The notes under the pieces: model-generated | What the model was told of the DNA's origin: nothing | Seen by the model: the letters and a program-made list of their open reading frames with translations, nothing else | Databases searched by the model: none | Source of the DNA: Octopus sinensis | Lineage: Eukaryota | Length of the DNA: 64,000 nucleotides | Direction: 5' to 3' | NCBI RefSeq assembly: GCF_006345805.1 | Contig: NC_043002.1 | Coordinates: 73,718,001 to 73,782,000 of the forward strand | Shown here: positions 61,640 to 64,000 of the stretch, in pieces | Numbering within the stretch: the first letter of the stretch is position 1 | Layout: every line of letters starts with the position of its first letter | Made by a program: the position numbers and the translations under genes

Positions 61640-63334
61640 TTAAACACATTATGTACAAGTCAACACAAAATGAGGAGAAAGAGAGAGAAAAATAAAGATT
61701 GAATCCTAGTTTGCTGTCAAGATATCTCTTTGTATTTTCAAGCTGTATCACAAAAAAATATATTTGTGTATAAAGTGATAAATTTAATATAAAATAAATT
61801 AGCGTAAAAACTGATATACAAGCTTCATTGATAGCAGCTTTGAAACAGAATATATGTGGTGAACACATCCAATGGCAATTGTTAATTCTGTTAGAATGCT
61901 GGTAGTGATGTGTCATTATTGTTTTAAAGTCATTATAAATGACTACAGTTTGAAATGTGGGAGTTACATAACTATATAATGTGTACTAGCAGTGGAAAAC
62001 ATTTTCAGAATACATCCTGACTGTAAAAGTAAGAATGTGAAGTCAAAAAGAGACATATTGCTTACAAAGCAACATTAGGAATGTGAAGAAAAACTATTAA
62101 ATAAATTTTTTTTTAAAAGTGGCTTTTCAACAAAAGTTATTCAAAAACAAAGACCATGTCAGTTTTAGTGTTTGTGTATTAGTTTTTTAGCTTTTGTTTT
62201 TTGTTGTTTTAAAATTTGCAGTGATTTTACATTGATTTCTGGAAAAATATCAAAAATAGATGTTCTCAAGGATAATGTTGCATAAGAGGATGAAATAAAT
62301 TTTATTTTCAGCTGTAAAATTTTTGGGCATTGCATTATATTTGAGATTGCATTGTACTTGAGCAAAGTATGGTAGATGTAGGTAAATGATGAAAGCAACT
62401 TAATGAAGAATGTAAAAAAAATTAAAGACAATATTTGCTCTTTTAGCTGGATGTTTATAGCGATTTTATATTACACTCCAACATTTTTCAATGATCAAAG
62501 GCTTATGTGTGTGTGTGTGTGCATGCGTGCACACTCACTATCACACACACGATTTACATGCAAACACTCACTAGAAACAACACTGTTTTACAGGGATTTC
62601 ATGTGCATTTTATAATGAACCTATGTACAAGCATAATTACCCAGAGAATAAAATACTGAATTCAGTAGAAGTCCTATTTTCAATTAGCATGTGCACACAC
62701 GCATTTCATTTTATCCTCCTTTTATTTACTATTTCCACACAGATCTCATAGCTGAATATGCTATCTATACATATACACACAAACACACATGCACCACATT
62801 TGCTTAGAAGTAATACCCTAATTTCAAAACCAGCAACAGAAAAAATAGCAAAGTGAGGTCAAAAATCATAATAGTATTGTAAACCTTTTGTAAACTATAT
62901 TATTGTTGAAATACACTGTCTTTGTTTTAATTAATTTTGAAAATAATGAAGAATCCATTTAAATAATTTTTTGTCACTATTAATCTGGTGTTTGAAACAT
63001 AGATTAACATGCAACTTTGATGGAAAGTTTTAATTTAAATCACTTATGTTATCTTGAAGTTGGAACAACAATTTCTGCTATTCTTTTTTTATATTTACAC
63101 ATCATAAACACAATGGAAATATGATATTTGCATCTGCAAGTGCCCCAACAGACACACATAAGAATTTGAAAAGAAAGAATAGTAAATATCACAAACAAGT
63201 GGTTCTTGTTCTATCAATGAGCTTGCTGCTGTCCTTTTTTTTTTTACTCTAATTGGTGTTTGCAAGTCTAATAGAATTTACATAAATTTTCAGTCATTAA
63301 TTTATAAATTTCACAATGGAAGCCTGTACAGTAG

Positions 63335-63445
63335 TTGATGCATCCAGTACAGTAGAAAAGGCATCCAGCCATAAAAACCATGCCAAAGAAGACATTAAAG
63401 CATGACTCAGTCTTCTGGTTCATGACATCCTGTCAAACCACCCAA
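63335..63445 (+). mobile_element. Diverged RTE 3' tail fragment
   Basis: AGAAAAGGCATCCAGCCATAAAAACCATGCCAAAG...CTGTCAAACCACCCAACTCA. Confidence 0.6.
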
Positions 63446-64000
63446 CTCAAGTCAGCAACACTTTGGAGTAACTGCATTTACTTGTATCTGCCCTTTCTAC
63501 TACTAGCTAAGTGGAATAATGCAAACTGTTACCAACCAGAATAGCTGAACCAGGCTGATAATAGTCAGTTGCTGAAAGATACCATATGACTGTCATAAAT
63601 TCCAGCACCTTAACCTGATAGTACTTTCATATCCACCACAATAGTTTATTGAGCAATCACTAATTAGTCAGGTCAAAACACTAAATAAACACTATACTTC
63701 TAATTGTAGGCAAGATAGGTCATAAATTCAAACCTGTTGTCAAGCATATTATTCTATACTGTCTCAATCAACCTGTCAAGAATAGGTCTCTTATCATCTA
63801 AGAATATTTCTGATAGACTCATCCTACTCAGGAAAAGATATAGTTCTCTTCTGTTATATGCCATAAACCTGAAGTTAAGCACCAACTCTCAAAGAACCAT
63901 TCAATACTGAGAAAATAATTTATTTATTATATACTTCCAACTACATTTAATAATCTACCATGACCTCATCTGTAATATTTCAATAAAAAATTCCCCAATT

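Noticed and set aside
56393-64000. Upstream APBA exons (the PTB body ending in CHVFES.D)
   Set aside because: Not found by eye. They probably lie beyond the window, although a short exon could have been missed.

Overview
AT-rich, microsatellite-dense animal genomic DNA. The SINE, LINE and DNA-transposon repertoire looks like an octopus (coleoid cephalopod) genome; this is an inference from repeat pattern recognition. Two protein-coding loci are supported, both on the minus strand. (1) An intronless type II membrane LicD/fukutin-family nucleotidyltransferase (4194..5207). (2) The last five coding exons of a Mint/X11/LIN-10 (APBA) adaptor, covering the PTB end, PDZ1, PDZ2 and the C-terminal tail (56392 down to 37607). 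All its introns have GT-AG ends and phase 0, and the 5' exons lie beyond the window. Downstream of the APBA stop is an ~11 kb stretch with no recognisable transposon, which may be a very long 3'UTR; it carries three tandem miR-29-type seed sites. The rest is a mosaic of decayed elements: a Penelope-like RT, RTE LINEs with a PHD-like zinc finger inside the RT, mariner/Tc1, hAT-Charlie, a piggyBac deletion derivative with two matching MITEs, and three SINE-like families. The most unusual signals are a repeated palindromic element with degenerate hammerhead-ribozyme cores in its arms, a templated inverted insertion into a SINE (TA)n tract, and nested fold-back palindromes. No rRNA, intact tRNA or CRISPR array was seen. 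Coordinates were counted by hand; repeat boundaries are approximate to about 10-20 bp.
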